A DNA stretch of 43,940 nt from Acidimicrobiaceae bacterium (GTDB lineage Bacteria; Actinomycetota; Acidimicrobiia; Actinomarinales; Actinomarinaceae): positions 1 to 43,940 of the forward strand of contig JAOMBT010000005.1 of the NCBI GenBank assembly GCA_028344675.1, read 5' to 3'. Below the pieces are notes generated by a model. It searched no databases. It saw nothing but the letters and a program-made list of their open reading frames with translations, and had not been told where the DNA came from. The translations under genes were made by a program, and so were the position numbers. Below are positions 17,645 through 25,787 of the stretch, piece after piece. Every line of letters begins with the position of its first letter. The stretch's first letter is position 1.

Positions 17645-18646
17645 TTACTCCAAATCCATTTTTTTTAGTGTATCTATAATGCGTGCTGCATATCCCCATC
17701 CGTTATCGAACCAAATAATTAATTTAATTTTTTTATTATTAATACCCATTGTTGCAATTCCATCTACTAGTCCGGAAAGGGTGCTTCTCACTACGTCAGA
17801 AGAGACTATAGGATCATACGTAATTCCTACAATATCCTTTAAAGAGTTTTTAGAAATATCTTCTATTAATTTATTTATTTCTTCTACTGAAGTTTCTTTA
17901 TTTAGATCAATAGTTAAATCAACAGTACTACCATCAGGAACCGGGACTGTCATTGAAGATGAAGCTACCTTATTTTTGAGTGATGGTAGCACTTCAACTA
18001 TAACATCAGATGATTTAGTAATACTTGGAATAATATTCTCACCGGCGGCTCTATTTAATCTCAATCCTTCTCCAGCAACATCCGCTAGTCTATTGGAGTT
18101 TGAATAGCCATGAACCGTCGTTATAAAAGCACGTTTAATCCCAACCTTTTCTTGTAAATTTTTTAAAAGTGGTGCAACTGCATTTGCCGTATTAGATCCT
18201 AATGAAAATGCATTCGCTGAAAAATCTACTTTATCATCATTAGCTCCAGGAATATAAATTTGAACATCACCAAAATTCATTGGTGTAGAGGCTATTAGGA
18301 CTTTTTTACAACCTTTTTTAATGTGTTCTTGAATCTCATCAAGAATTTGAGGCTTTCCAGTAGCAAGAATAACAACATCCGTGTTTGTAGATAACCAATC
18401 TGCATCTGCAGAGTCTTTCCAATTATTAAAAAGAATTTCCCTTCCATTAACAATTATTCCATTTTCTGATTCTTCAATGTCTGCATCTAGCTGCCCATAG
18501 ATAGAATCATATTTTAGTAAATAGATAAGATTTTTTTTATCTGCAGTGTCGGAGATTGAAATTATGTCTATATTATTATTTGTAAGTGATTGTCTAAATA
18601 AGTCTCTACCTATTCTTCCAAACCCAACGAGAGAAACTCTAGTCAT
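17645..18646 (-). CDS. GAPDH-like paralogue lacking the catalytic Cys (probable pseudoenzyme)
   Basis: Full-length GAPDH fold (VGFGRIGR, KYDSIYG, TTVHGY, VPVPDGSTVDL, WFDNGWGY), but the active site reads GSNTANAVAP. SD-like AAGGGA. Confidence 0.85.
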   Translation of the reverse strand: MTRVSLVGFGRIGRDLFRQSLTNNNIDIISISDTADKKNLIYLLKYDSIYGQLDADIEESENGIIVNGREILFNNWKDSADADWLSTNTDVVILATGKPQILDEIQEHIKKGCKKVLIASTPMNFGDVQIYIPGANDDKVDFSANAFSLGSNTANAVAPLLKNLQEKVGIKRAFITTVHGYSNSNRLADVAGEGLRLNRAAGENIIPSITKSSDVIVEVLPSLKNKVASSSMTVPVPDGSTVDLTIDLNKETSVEEINKLIEDISKNSLKDIVGITYDPIVSSDVVRSTLSGLVDGIATMGINNKKIKLIIWFDNGWGYAARIIDTLKKMDLE

Positions 18647-18714
18647 TCTATTCCCTTACTATTATTTTATAACTTCTTGTTACAATCAAGTAATATAGTC
18701 TAAAAAAGAAGATT

Positions 18715-19824
18715 ATGATAAACATAACCAAAAATATCAATGATTTAATATTTGGTGATATTCCAACTGCTGAACTACTTGAAGAAGCATATCTAAAAAA
18801 AATAGAATATTTTGGAAATTTAATAACATACAGTCCTAAAGTCTTTATTCCTTTAACAACAATGTGCAGAGATAAATGTGCTTACTGTACATTTGTTAAG
18901 TCTCCTAAAGAAGGTGGACAGTACTTGTCAATAGAAGATGTTTTAAGTATTGCTGAAGCTGGAGATGCCAACGGTTGCTATGAGGCTCTTTTTACATTAG
19001 GTGATAAACCCGAAATTAAATGGAATGCGGCTAAAGATGAATTAAATAAATTTGGATTTAATTCTACTCATCAGTATTTAATTCACTGCATGAAAGAAGT
19101 TAATGAGAGTATGACAATATTTCCCCATGCAAATCCAGGATTGATGTCGAAGGATGAAATAAATGATTTAAAAATACATTCTCCTTCTGGAGGCATAATG
19201 ATTGAAAGTTTCTCAAAAGATATTTACTCAAAGGGAAAACCACACTATAAAACAACAACTAAATTCGTAGATTTAAGATTGGAAACATTAAATAATGCCC
19301 TTGAAATTAAATATCCTATGACAACAGGCTTGCTACTGGGACTTACAGAGACAAAAGAGGAATTAATAAATGATATTGAACAAATGGTAAATGTATCAAA
19401 AAATAATTCATCAATACAGGAAATTATTTTGCAGAACTTTAGAGCAAAAGTTAATACATTAATGAGGAATAATGCCGAAATAACAAATGATTTGTTTTTA
19501 AGAATTATTGCAACAATTAGAATTTTTGTTCCTGGTCATATTTCTGTTCAAGTTCCACCAAATCTATCACCCGATATTAATTTATTCTTAAAAAGCGGTA
19601 TTAATGATTTAGGTGGTATTTCACCACTAACCATTGATTGGGTTAACCCCGATCATTTATGGCCTAATTTAGAAAAATTGAGTATTGAAGTTTTAAAATC
19701 TAATCAAGTCTTAAAAAAAAGACTTCCTATTTATCCAAGATTTATACAAAAAGAATGGTTAAATGAAATAATGTTTGAAAAAATTAATAATATTATTGAT
19801 ACTAATGGATATCCAGAGGAATAA
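18715..19824 (+). CDS. cofG: FO synthase subunit CofG (radical SAM; F420 biosynthesis)
   Basis: TYSPKVFIPLT, CRDKCAYC (CxxxCxxC), EALFTLGDKPE, PHANPG, QEIILQNF and GINDLGGISPLTIDWVNP motifs. Confidence 0.92.
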   Translation: MINITKNINDLIFGDIPTAELLEEAYLKKIEYFGNLITYSPKVFIPLTTMCRDKCAYCTFVKSPKEGGQYLSIEDVLSIAEAGDANGCYEALFTLGDKPEIKWNAAKDELNKFGFNSTHQYLIHCMKEVNESMTIFPHANPGLMSKDEINDLKIHSPSGGIMIESFSKDIYSKGKPHYKTTTKFVDLRLETLNNALEIKYPMTTGLLLGLTETKEELINDIEQMVNVSKNNSSIQEIILQNFRAKVNTLMRNNAEITNDLFLRIIATIRIFVPGHISVQVPPNLSPDINLFLKSGINDLGGISPLTIDWVNPDHLWPNLEKLSIEVLKSNQVLKKRLPIYPRFIQKEWLNEIMFEKINNIIDTNGYPEE

Positions 19825-19826
19825 TT

Positions 19827-21665
19827 ATGAGTAAAAATATATCCTTCTTGAGAATACGACCTTGTGATAATGACAATGAAATATATTTAAACTCTAGAAA
19901 AAATGAAGGAACATCTTCATTTTTTATCAAAGAAGACACGAATGTCGATTTAGAGTCAGTTCATAGTAAAGAGTTTCAAACTATATCTAAAAACCCAAAT
20001 ATTGATAGTGATATGTGGATTGTAAATGATGAAAACTGGATTACCTTTAAAAAATATGAGAGTAAAAGGCTTATATATAAATATTCTGGAAATCGTGAAA
20101 TTGCAATTGAGATCATAGATAGATTAACACCTGGTATTGTCTTAATAAAAAATGTAAGTGATATAAAATTTTTAAAATCAATAAAAACTAAAAATACATT
20201 TTTTATCAGTTCTTATGCAAATTCAATAGAGGAGGCTTTGCGATTATCCAATGAGCAAATTGATGATCTTCTCTTACGGGATTGGAGTTCTGATCAGATA
20301 TTAGATCTTCAAAACCACCAGGACTTTAACTACTTTGAAAGAACTGTATTATCACCACTTTTTTCAATTGATGAAGCTAGAAAATTATTCGATTCAAAAA
20401 GGTACTTTCGATACCTTAAGACAAAAGATGTTAGAGGCTACAGGAGACTAAAAACTAAATGGTCACCTGGTAGTGGACTCCCTTTGCATAAGTTAGAAAA
20501 ATTTCAACATAATAAAATTAGTAATTTTTATGATGAAGAATTTGATGAGATAATACAAAAAATTAATAACTCAGAAACAATCAATGATGAAGATTTATTT
20601 AAGCTATTTCATACATCCGGAACAAAAATTAATGAATTAGCAGAAGTAGCTAATAAATTAAATCTTGAAAAAAATGGTAACAAAGTTAGCTTTGTTCAGA
20701 ACAGAAATATTAATTATACAAATCAGTGTTACTACAAATGCGGATTTTGTGGGTTCTCAAAGGGACCTAATAGTTTAAATTTGAAGGAGAAGCCTTATTC
20801 TATAGATATTCCTGAGATTGTAGACAGGTCTGTAGAAGCATATGAAATGGGTGCTAGTGAAGTATGTTTACAAGGAGGTATTCATCCCGAATATACTGGG
20901 GAATTTTATATGTCCATGGTTAGAGAAATTAAAACTGTAGTACCAAATTTACATATACACGGATTTACACCTTTAGAAATATGGCAAGGTGCTGAAACCA
21001 TAAACACTCCTGTCGAAGAATATTTAAGAATGCTAAAAGATGCTGGATTAAACACTCTTCCTGGCACTGCAGCTGAGATACTGGACGACAGAGTTAGAGA
21101 ATATTTGTGTCCAGATAAAATAACATCCTCGCAATGGGCCTACGTTATGGAAGTAGCTCACTCCCTAGGTATAAAATCTACTGCAACAATTATGTTTGGC
21201 CATATAGATGATATAAGGTCATGGGTTAATCATTTTAGATTAATAAGAGACATTCAAGATACCACAGGGGGGTTTACTGAAGTTGTCCCGTTACCTTTTG
21301 TGCACATGGGTTCTCCAATATATTTACGAGGAAAGAGTATGCCTGGACCCACTTGGGATGAAGTAGTACTTATCCATGCACTTGCAAGAATTTATTTTTT
21401 TAACAGCATAGACAATATTCAAGCAAGTTGGGTTAAGTTAGGACACGACGGTGCTGGAAAACTTCTGCATGCAGGAGTTAATGATTTAGGTGGAACATTA
21501 ATTAATGAAAATATAAGTCGTGCTTCTGGTGCTGATCACGGCCAAGAAACTACACAAAAACAATTTATAGAGATCATTACTAATGAAAAGAAAACACCTA
21601 TGTTGAGAAACACTCTTTATACAGAATTTAAGAAAATGGAAATAGCCCATATCAACAATGAATAA
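19827..21665 (+). CDS. cofH: FO synthase subunit CofH with a ~230-aa N-terminal extension
   Basis: NRNINYTN, CYYKCGFC (CxxxCxxC), EVCLQGGIHP, PGTAAEILDD, TIMFGH, QASWVKLG and NDLGGTLINENISRASGA motifs. Confidence 0.9.
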   Translation: MSKNISFLRIRPCDNDNEIYLNSRKNEGTSSFFIKEDTNVDLESVHSKEFQTISKNPNIDSDMWIVNDENWITFKKYESKRLIYKYSGNREIAIEIIDRLTPGIVLIKNVSDIKFLKSIKTKNTFFISSYANSIEEALRLSNEQIDDLLLRDWSSDQILDLQNHQDFNYFERTVLSPLFSIDEARKLFDSKRYFRYLKTKDVRGYRRLKTKWSPGSGLPLHKLEKFQHNKISNFYDEEFDEIIQKINNSETINDEDLFKLFHTSGTKINELAEVANKLNLEKNGNKVSFVQNRNINYTNQCYYKCGFCGFSKGPNSLNLKEKPYSIDIPEIVDRSVEAYEMGASEVCLQGGIHPEYTGEFYMSMVREIKTVVPNLHIHGFTPLEIWQGAETINTPVEEYLRMLKDAGLNTLPGTAAEILDDRVREYLCPDKITSSQWAYVMEVAHSLGIKSTATIMFGHIDDIRSWVNHFRLIRDIQDTTGGFTEVVPLPFVHMGSPIYLRGKSMPGPTWDEVVLIHALARIYFFNSIDNIQASWVKLGHDGAGKLLHAGVNDLGGTLINENISRASGADHGQETTQKQFIEIITNEKKTPMLRNTLYTEFKKMEIAHINNE

Positions 21666-22293
21666 GTATCAAGTTGTTACACTTTTTCCTAATTTAATTG
21701 AGGAATGGAAAAAAGTTGGAATAATCAACCAAGCATTAAAAAAAAATTTACTTGAAATTTCCTCAATCAATCTTCGCAATTATGGGATAGGTGAATATAA
21801 GCAAGTAGATGACTCACCCTATGGTGGAGGTCCCGGTATGGTTCTAATGCCAGAGCCATTAGATAATGCAATTGTTGAAAATAAAGCTAAAAAAAATGTT
21901 TTTCTTACTCCTTCTGGTCAGCAAATGAATGAAAACTTGATAGAAGAACTTCTTAATTATGAGTCACTAAATTTTATATGTGGAAGATATGAGGGCTTTG
22001 ACCAGAGGGTGCTTGATATACACGCTGATTATGAGGTTTCAGTTGGTCAATCTGTAGTTTCAGGAGGTGAAATTCCTGCACTTTACGTACTGGAAGCTTT
22101 GATAAGGAGAATACCAAATGTATTAGGTAATCCAGAATCATTAGTAAATGAAACTTTTGTAAATAATCAGAAAGATTTTCCTGTGTATACACGTCCTGAA
22201 GTATATAAAGAACATAAAGTGCCAGATGTATTACTTTCTGGTAATCATAAAGAAATAGATAATTGGAAAAAGAATAATTTAAAAGACATGTAA
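21658..22293 (+). CDS. trmD: tRNA (m1G37) methyltransferase TrmD
   Basis: VTLFP, DDSPYGGGPGMV, CGRYEGFDQRV, SGGE and VPDVLLSGNH motifs; 8-nt overlap with cofH. Confidence 0.97.
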   Translation: MNKYQVVTLFPNLIEEWKKVGIINQALKKNLLEISSINLRNYGIGEYKQVDDSPYGGGPGMVLMPEPLDNAIVENKAKKNVFLTPSGQQMNENLIEELLNYESLNFICGRYEGFDQRVLDIHADYEVSVGQSVVSGGEIPALYVLEALIRRIPNVLGNPESLVNETFVNNQKDFPVYTRPEVYKEHKVPDVLLSGNHKEIDNWKKNNLKDM

Positions 22294-22300
22294 TCTTTTT

Positions 22301-22314
22301 TTACTTATATAATT
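22301..22314 (+). promoter_or_regulatory. Internal promoter core for rplS (TATAAT at 22308-22313)
   Basis: Perfect -10 hexamer 17 nt before the ATG, GGAG SD at 22322-22325; no convincing -35. Confidence 0.55.
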
Positions 22315-22330
22315 CATCCTTGGAGAGATT

Positions 22331-22675
22331 ATGGATTTAATACAAAATATAGAAAAATCTTACATTAAAGAAGACCTTCCTGCATTCAAATCTGGAGATA
22401 CAGTAAAAGTTAATGTAAAGGTTTCAGAAGGAAATAGGGAAAGAATTCAAACTTTTGAAGGTGTAATAATTGCTGTAAATGGCGTTGCTGTAAATAAATC
22501 TATTACTGTAAGAAAACTTTCTTTTGGAGTAGGAGTTGAAAGAATTTTTCCGGTGCATGCTCCTATAGTTGATTCCATTGAAGTAATTAGAAAAGGTAAA
22601 GTACGGAGATCAAAGCTTTATTACTTAAGAGATAGAGTTGGTAAATCTGCAAAGATTAAAGAAGATCGCAACTAA
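22331..22675 (+). CDS. rplS: 50S ribosomal protein L19
   Basis: [27 protein letters not shown] and [10 protein letters not shown] motifs. Confidence 0.98.
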   Translation: MDLIQNIEKSYIKEDLPAFKSGDTVKVNVKVSEGNRERIQTFEGVIIAVNGVAVNKSITVRKLSFGVGVERIFPVHAPIVDSIEVIRKGKVRRSKLYYLRDRVGKSAKIKEDRN

Positions 22676-22719
22676 TTTATTAAAATAAAATTACTATAAA
22701 AAAAATTATAAAAACATTA

Positions 22720-23280
22720 TTGACTATTTTGGCAGCAATTTTAGCTGCAACTTTCGTCAGAACATTTATTATACAAATATACTTTATACCTTCGTCCTCT
22801 ATGGAGCCTACTTTAGAAATAAATGACAGAGTCCTTGTTTTAAAGGATGCATTTGCAAATATAGATATTGAAAGTGGCGATATAGTTATTTTTTATAATC
22901 CTGAGACTCCATACACTGAAGACTTTTTGAAAGAATATTATCAAGCTTTACAAATTTGGAATCTTACCACAAGTGATTCGATACTTAATTCTGCAATAAT
23001 TAAACGAGTAGTTGGAGTTGGAGGTGATACCGTCAATATTATGCAAGATGGAAAAGTTTTTGTAAATGGTGAGCAGTTTGTAGTTTTGAATATTGATGAA
23101 ACCAGCTTCTTTAGAGAAGAAACATATATTGTTCCTGAAAATGAAATATTCGTGTTAGGTGATAATAGAATTAATAGTCAAGATTCAAGATATATAGGAA
23201 CGGTACCTATAAATAATATTGTTGGAAAAGCTTCCTATGTTATATATCCATTTGATAATTATCAGAATCTAGATGATTGA
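22720..23280 (+). CDS. lepB: Signal peptidase I (start uncertain)
   Basis: SSSMEPTL (Ser), IIKRVVG (Lys) and LGDNRINSQDSR motifs; N-terminal TM segment. Confidence 0.92.
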   Translation: MTILAAILAATFVRTFIIQIYFIPSSSMEPTLEINDRVLVLKDAFANIDIESGDIVIFYNPETPYTEDFLKEYYQALQIWNLTTSDSILNSAIIKRVVGVGGDTVNIMQDGKVFVNGEQFVVLNIDETSFFREETYIVPENEIFVLGDNRINSQDSRYIGTVPINNIVGKASYVIYPFDNYQNLDD

Positions 23281-23860
23281 AGATAAAATTTGGGAAGCTA
23301 ATCCAGACCAATACATAATTGGCTCAGACGAGGTTGGCAGAGGATGTTTTGCTGGACCGATATCTGCAACTTCTGTAAAAATTAATTATTCACATATTAC
23401 TTTATTAAAAGAAGTAAAAGACTCAAAAAAACTTTCACCAAAAAAAAGAAAAGAAATATTTAATATTATTCAAGAAAGCAATATTCAGTATTCTTATGAA
23501 TCTTGTGATAATAAATTTATTGATATTTATGGAATCAAAAAAGCTAACGAAAAAGTATTAGAAGATTCTATAACTTCATTATATGAATTTAGCGACCTAG
23601 TCTATGTAGACCATTTTAAAATCAAAAAATACAATTCAATTTCTGTAATTAGAGGTGAAGATAATTGTAGAGCTATTGCACTTGCAAGCATCATTGCAAA
23701 AGTTATTAGAGATGAATACATGATTGATATTTCTAATGATTATCCTGAATATCATTTTGAAAACAACAAAGGATACGGAACCAAAGAACACCGCCAAGCT
23801 ATAAGTAATTTTGGTTTATCTGATATTCATAGAAAGTCTTTTAATTTAATGCCCAAATGA
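23273..23860 (+). CDS. rnhB: Ribonuclease HII
   Basis: GSDEVGRGCFAGP, DSKKLS, ASIIAKVIRD, NKGYGTKEH and HRKSF motifs. Confidence 0.94.
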   Translation: MIEDKIWEANPDQYIIGSDEVGRGCFAGPISATSVKINYSHITLLKEVKDSKKLSPKKRKEIFNIIQESNIQYSYESCDNKFIDIYGIKKANEKVLEDSITSLYEFSDLVYVDHFKIKKYNSISVIRGEDNCRAIALASIIAKVIRDEYMIDISNDYPEYHFENNKGYGTKEHRQAISNFGLSDIHRKSFNLMPK

Positions 23861-23948
23861 CAACTGCTACTGTAAGAATTACAGCAAAAATAATATTTAT
23901 ATAGTCAGTTTTGTTTGCTCTGTATTCTTTATTTGGATTAAATCCCAT
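23841..23948 (-). CDS. 35-aa single-pass membrane microprotein, not in the ORF track
   Basis: Read by hand: MGFNPNKEYRANKTDYINIIFAVILTVAVVIWALN*. Polar N-terminus plus a ~19-residue hydrophobic helix; TAGAAT 6 nt upstream of the ATG. Confidence 0.7.
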   Translation of the reverse strand: MGFNPNKEYRANKTDYINIIFAVILTVAVVIWALN

Positions 23949-23986
23949 ATATACATTCTAAATTAATTTGTATTAAACTTCATAAT
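23949..23986. promoter_or_regulatory. 38-bp back-to-back leaderless promoter region
   Basis: Minus strand TAGAAT (23955-23960) 6 nt before ATG 23948; plus strand TAAACT (23974-23979) 7 nt before ATG 23987; no SD on either side. Confidence 0.5.
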
Positions 23987-24742
23987 ATGGTCCTTGAATC
24001 TAATAATTTAGAAGAAATTAAATTTATACAATTTAATGACGAGAGTTCATTGAATGCAATTGGCTCAGAAGATTGGAGTTCATTAATTAATGAAATTGAA
24101 GATTTTGAAAAGAGTGATCTTAAATACCTTGTTATTAAGCATGTAAATGGCAATTACTCAGCTGGTGCTCAATTAGGTGAAAATATTAATGCATTAATGG
24201 ACGACGTTTCTGCAGCAGCATTGAAATTATGGAATTGTAAAAAACCTGTTATTTCTTTAGTTGACGGAATTGCCGCAGGTGCTGGCTCAAATATGATGCT
24301 TTTAAGTGATTTTATTATTGCAACTCCTGAAACTAGATTTATTGAAGTATTTGTAAGAAGGGGATTAGTTGTTGACTTTGGAGGATCATGGATACTTCCA
24401 AGAATAATAGGTATCCAAAAAGCGAAAGAATTAATGATGACTTCAAATGAAATAAGTGGAGAGGAATTAAATCAATTAGATGTATTGTATAAGATGACTA
24501 GTGCTGAAAATATTGATTCAGAATTTAAAAATCTTATTGAAAAATTGAATAATCAAAGTTTTATATCAGTATGTATGGTTAAACAGCAAATAAAAGAAGG
24601 ATTAGATTTAACATTTGAACAATCTTTACAAAATGAAACTGATAATCAAAATAGCAGATTTTTACATTCTGATGCTGCAGAAGGAATGCTTGCTTTTATA
24701 GAAAAAAGAAAACCAAATTTTAAAAATACACTTGATGAATAA
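23987..24742 (+). CDS. Enoyl-CoA hydratase/isomerase (crotonase) family protein
   Basis: YSAGAQL and AAGAG oxyanion segments, GLVVDFGGSWILPRIIG, AKELMM and EGMLAFIEKRKPNF motifs. Confidence 0.9.
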   Translation: MVLESNNLEEIKFIQFNDESSLNAIGSEDWSSLINEIEDFEKSDLKYLVIKHVNGNYSAGAQLGENINALMDDVSAAALKLWNCKKPVISLVDGIAAGAGSNMMLLSDFIIATPETRFIEVFVRRGLVVDFGGSWILPRIIGIQKAKELMMTSNEISGEELNQLDVLYKMTSAENIDSEFKNLIEKLNNQSFISVCMVKQQIKEGLDLTFEQSLQNETDNQNSRFLHSDAAEGMLAFIEKRKPNFKNTLDE

Positions 24743-24746
24743 AATA

Positions 24747-24784
24747 ATTGTATAACTATTCATTTATATGTATATTTATGCAAT
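24747..24784. promoter_or_regulatory. Tandem ARG-box-like operator overlapping a TTGTAT-N17-TATATT promoter
   Basis: ATTGTATAACTATTCATT (24747-24764) and TATGTATATTTATGCAAT (24767-24784), both TG-n-AT-N4-AT-n-CA, 2 bp apart. Confidence 0.5.
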
Positions 24785-24816
24785 AATTCTAACTTAACCA
24801 AATGGAGGTTTAATAA

Positions 24817-25716
24817 GTGAAAACTAAAAAATCACTCCTTTTAATGTTTGCTCTTGCATTGGTTGCAGCTGCCTGTGGTGGTGGCTCTGCAACTCCATGT
24901 GATGAAGTAGATATTACAACTGGAGAAAATGGTTTACCAGATCTTGATGGATGTGAATTTACATTCGCTGTTGAGAATGCGTATTTACCATTTAATTATA
25001 TTGATGCAGCTGACGGTGAAGCAAAAGGTTGGGACTATGACGTCTTCAATCATATGGGCGAATTAATGAATTTCGTACCTGTTTACGTTCCAGCAGCATG
25101 GGATGGGATGATTCAAGCTGTTGCTGATGGCCAATTCATGGTCGCAGGTGATGGAATCACTATAACTGCTGAAAGAGATGAAATTATAGATTTTTCAGAT
25201 GGGTATATTAACCTAGCCCAAAGAGTACTTGTAGCAGCTGGTAACACAGATATTACAAGTATCGATGATCTCAAAAATGGTGACTATACAGTTGCAACTC
25301 AAAAAGGAACAACAAACTATGAGTTTGCAGTTTCTGAACTAGGCGAAGATAAAGTTAAAGCTTTTGATGACTTTAACTTCGCAATCCAAGCTGTTATATC
25401 TGGTGATGCAGATGCATCAATCATTGACGAAACAGCTGGTTTAGGTTACATGGGAGCTAATAAAGACCAAGTAAAATTGGTTGGTGGCGATCTAACTTCA
25501 GAACAACTTGGTTTTGCATTTCCTAATGGAAGCGCATTAGTTGACGTAGTTAATCAAGGCCTAGCTGCAATGAAAGATAGTGGAAAATTAGCAGAAATTA
25601 ATGCTAAGTTTTTCTCACCAGACTTTTCAGTTACTTATGATGATATCGCAGAATGTGATGAAGACATTCCTGTAGAATATTATCCTGAAGGTTGTGACCC
25701 TGGAAGTGAAGAATAA
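24817..25716 (+). CDS. Polar amino-acid ABC transporter substrate-binding lipoprotein (SBP family 3)
   Basis: GTG start with GGAGGT SD, lipobox VAAAC, ENAYLPF, GWDYDV, AWDGMI, ITITAER and QKGTT motifs. Confidence 0.92.
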   Translation: MKTKKSLLLMFALALVAAACGGGSATPCDEVDITTGENGLPDLDGCEFTFAVENAYLPFNYIDAADGEAKGWDYDVFNHMGELMNFVPVYVPAAWDGMIQAVADGQFMVAGDGITITAERDEIIDFSDGYINLAQRVLVAAGNTDITSIDDLKNGDYTVATQKGTTNYEFAVSELGEDKVKAFDDFNFAIQAVISGDADASIIDETAGLGYMGANKDQVKLVGGDLTSEQLGFAFPNGSALVDVVNQGLAAMKDSGKLAEINAKFFSPDFSVTYDDIAECDEDIPVEYYPEGCDPGSEE

Positions 25717-25725
25717 GTAATTAAA

Positions 25726-25739
25726 TTACTTATATAATT
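25726..25739 (+). promoter_or_regulatory. Candidate promoter core (TATAAT at 25733-25738), identical 14-mer to the one before rplS
   Basis: TTACTTATATAATT occurs at both 22301 and 25726. Confidence 0.4.
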
Positions 25740-25741
25740 TT

Positions 25742-25771
25742 GTAATAGGCACGGAAATCCGTGCCTATTGC
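25742..25771 (+). terminator. Strong intergenic hairpin between SBP and permease (terminator, attenuator or mRNA stabiliser)
   Basis: AATAGGCACGG-AAAT-CCGTGCCTATT perfect 11-bp stem (25744-25769), followed by GCTTTATT. Confidence 0.7.
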
Positions 25772-25787
25772 TTTATTATGGGTACAA

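Noticed and set aside
17645-18646. Calling the second gap an erythrose-4-phosphate dehydrogenase (epd) or a pseudogene
   Set aside because: Epd keeps the catalytic Cys, which is absent here. The ORF is full length with an SD and a conserved fold, which argues against simple decay.
23641-23670. RNase HII RGED in place of the usual KGD
   Set aside because: It is a conservative acidic change with the other catalytic residues intact; not enough to claim altered function.
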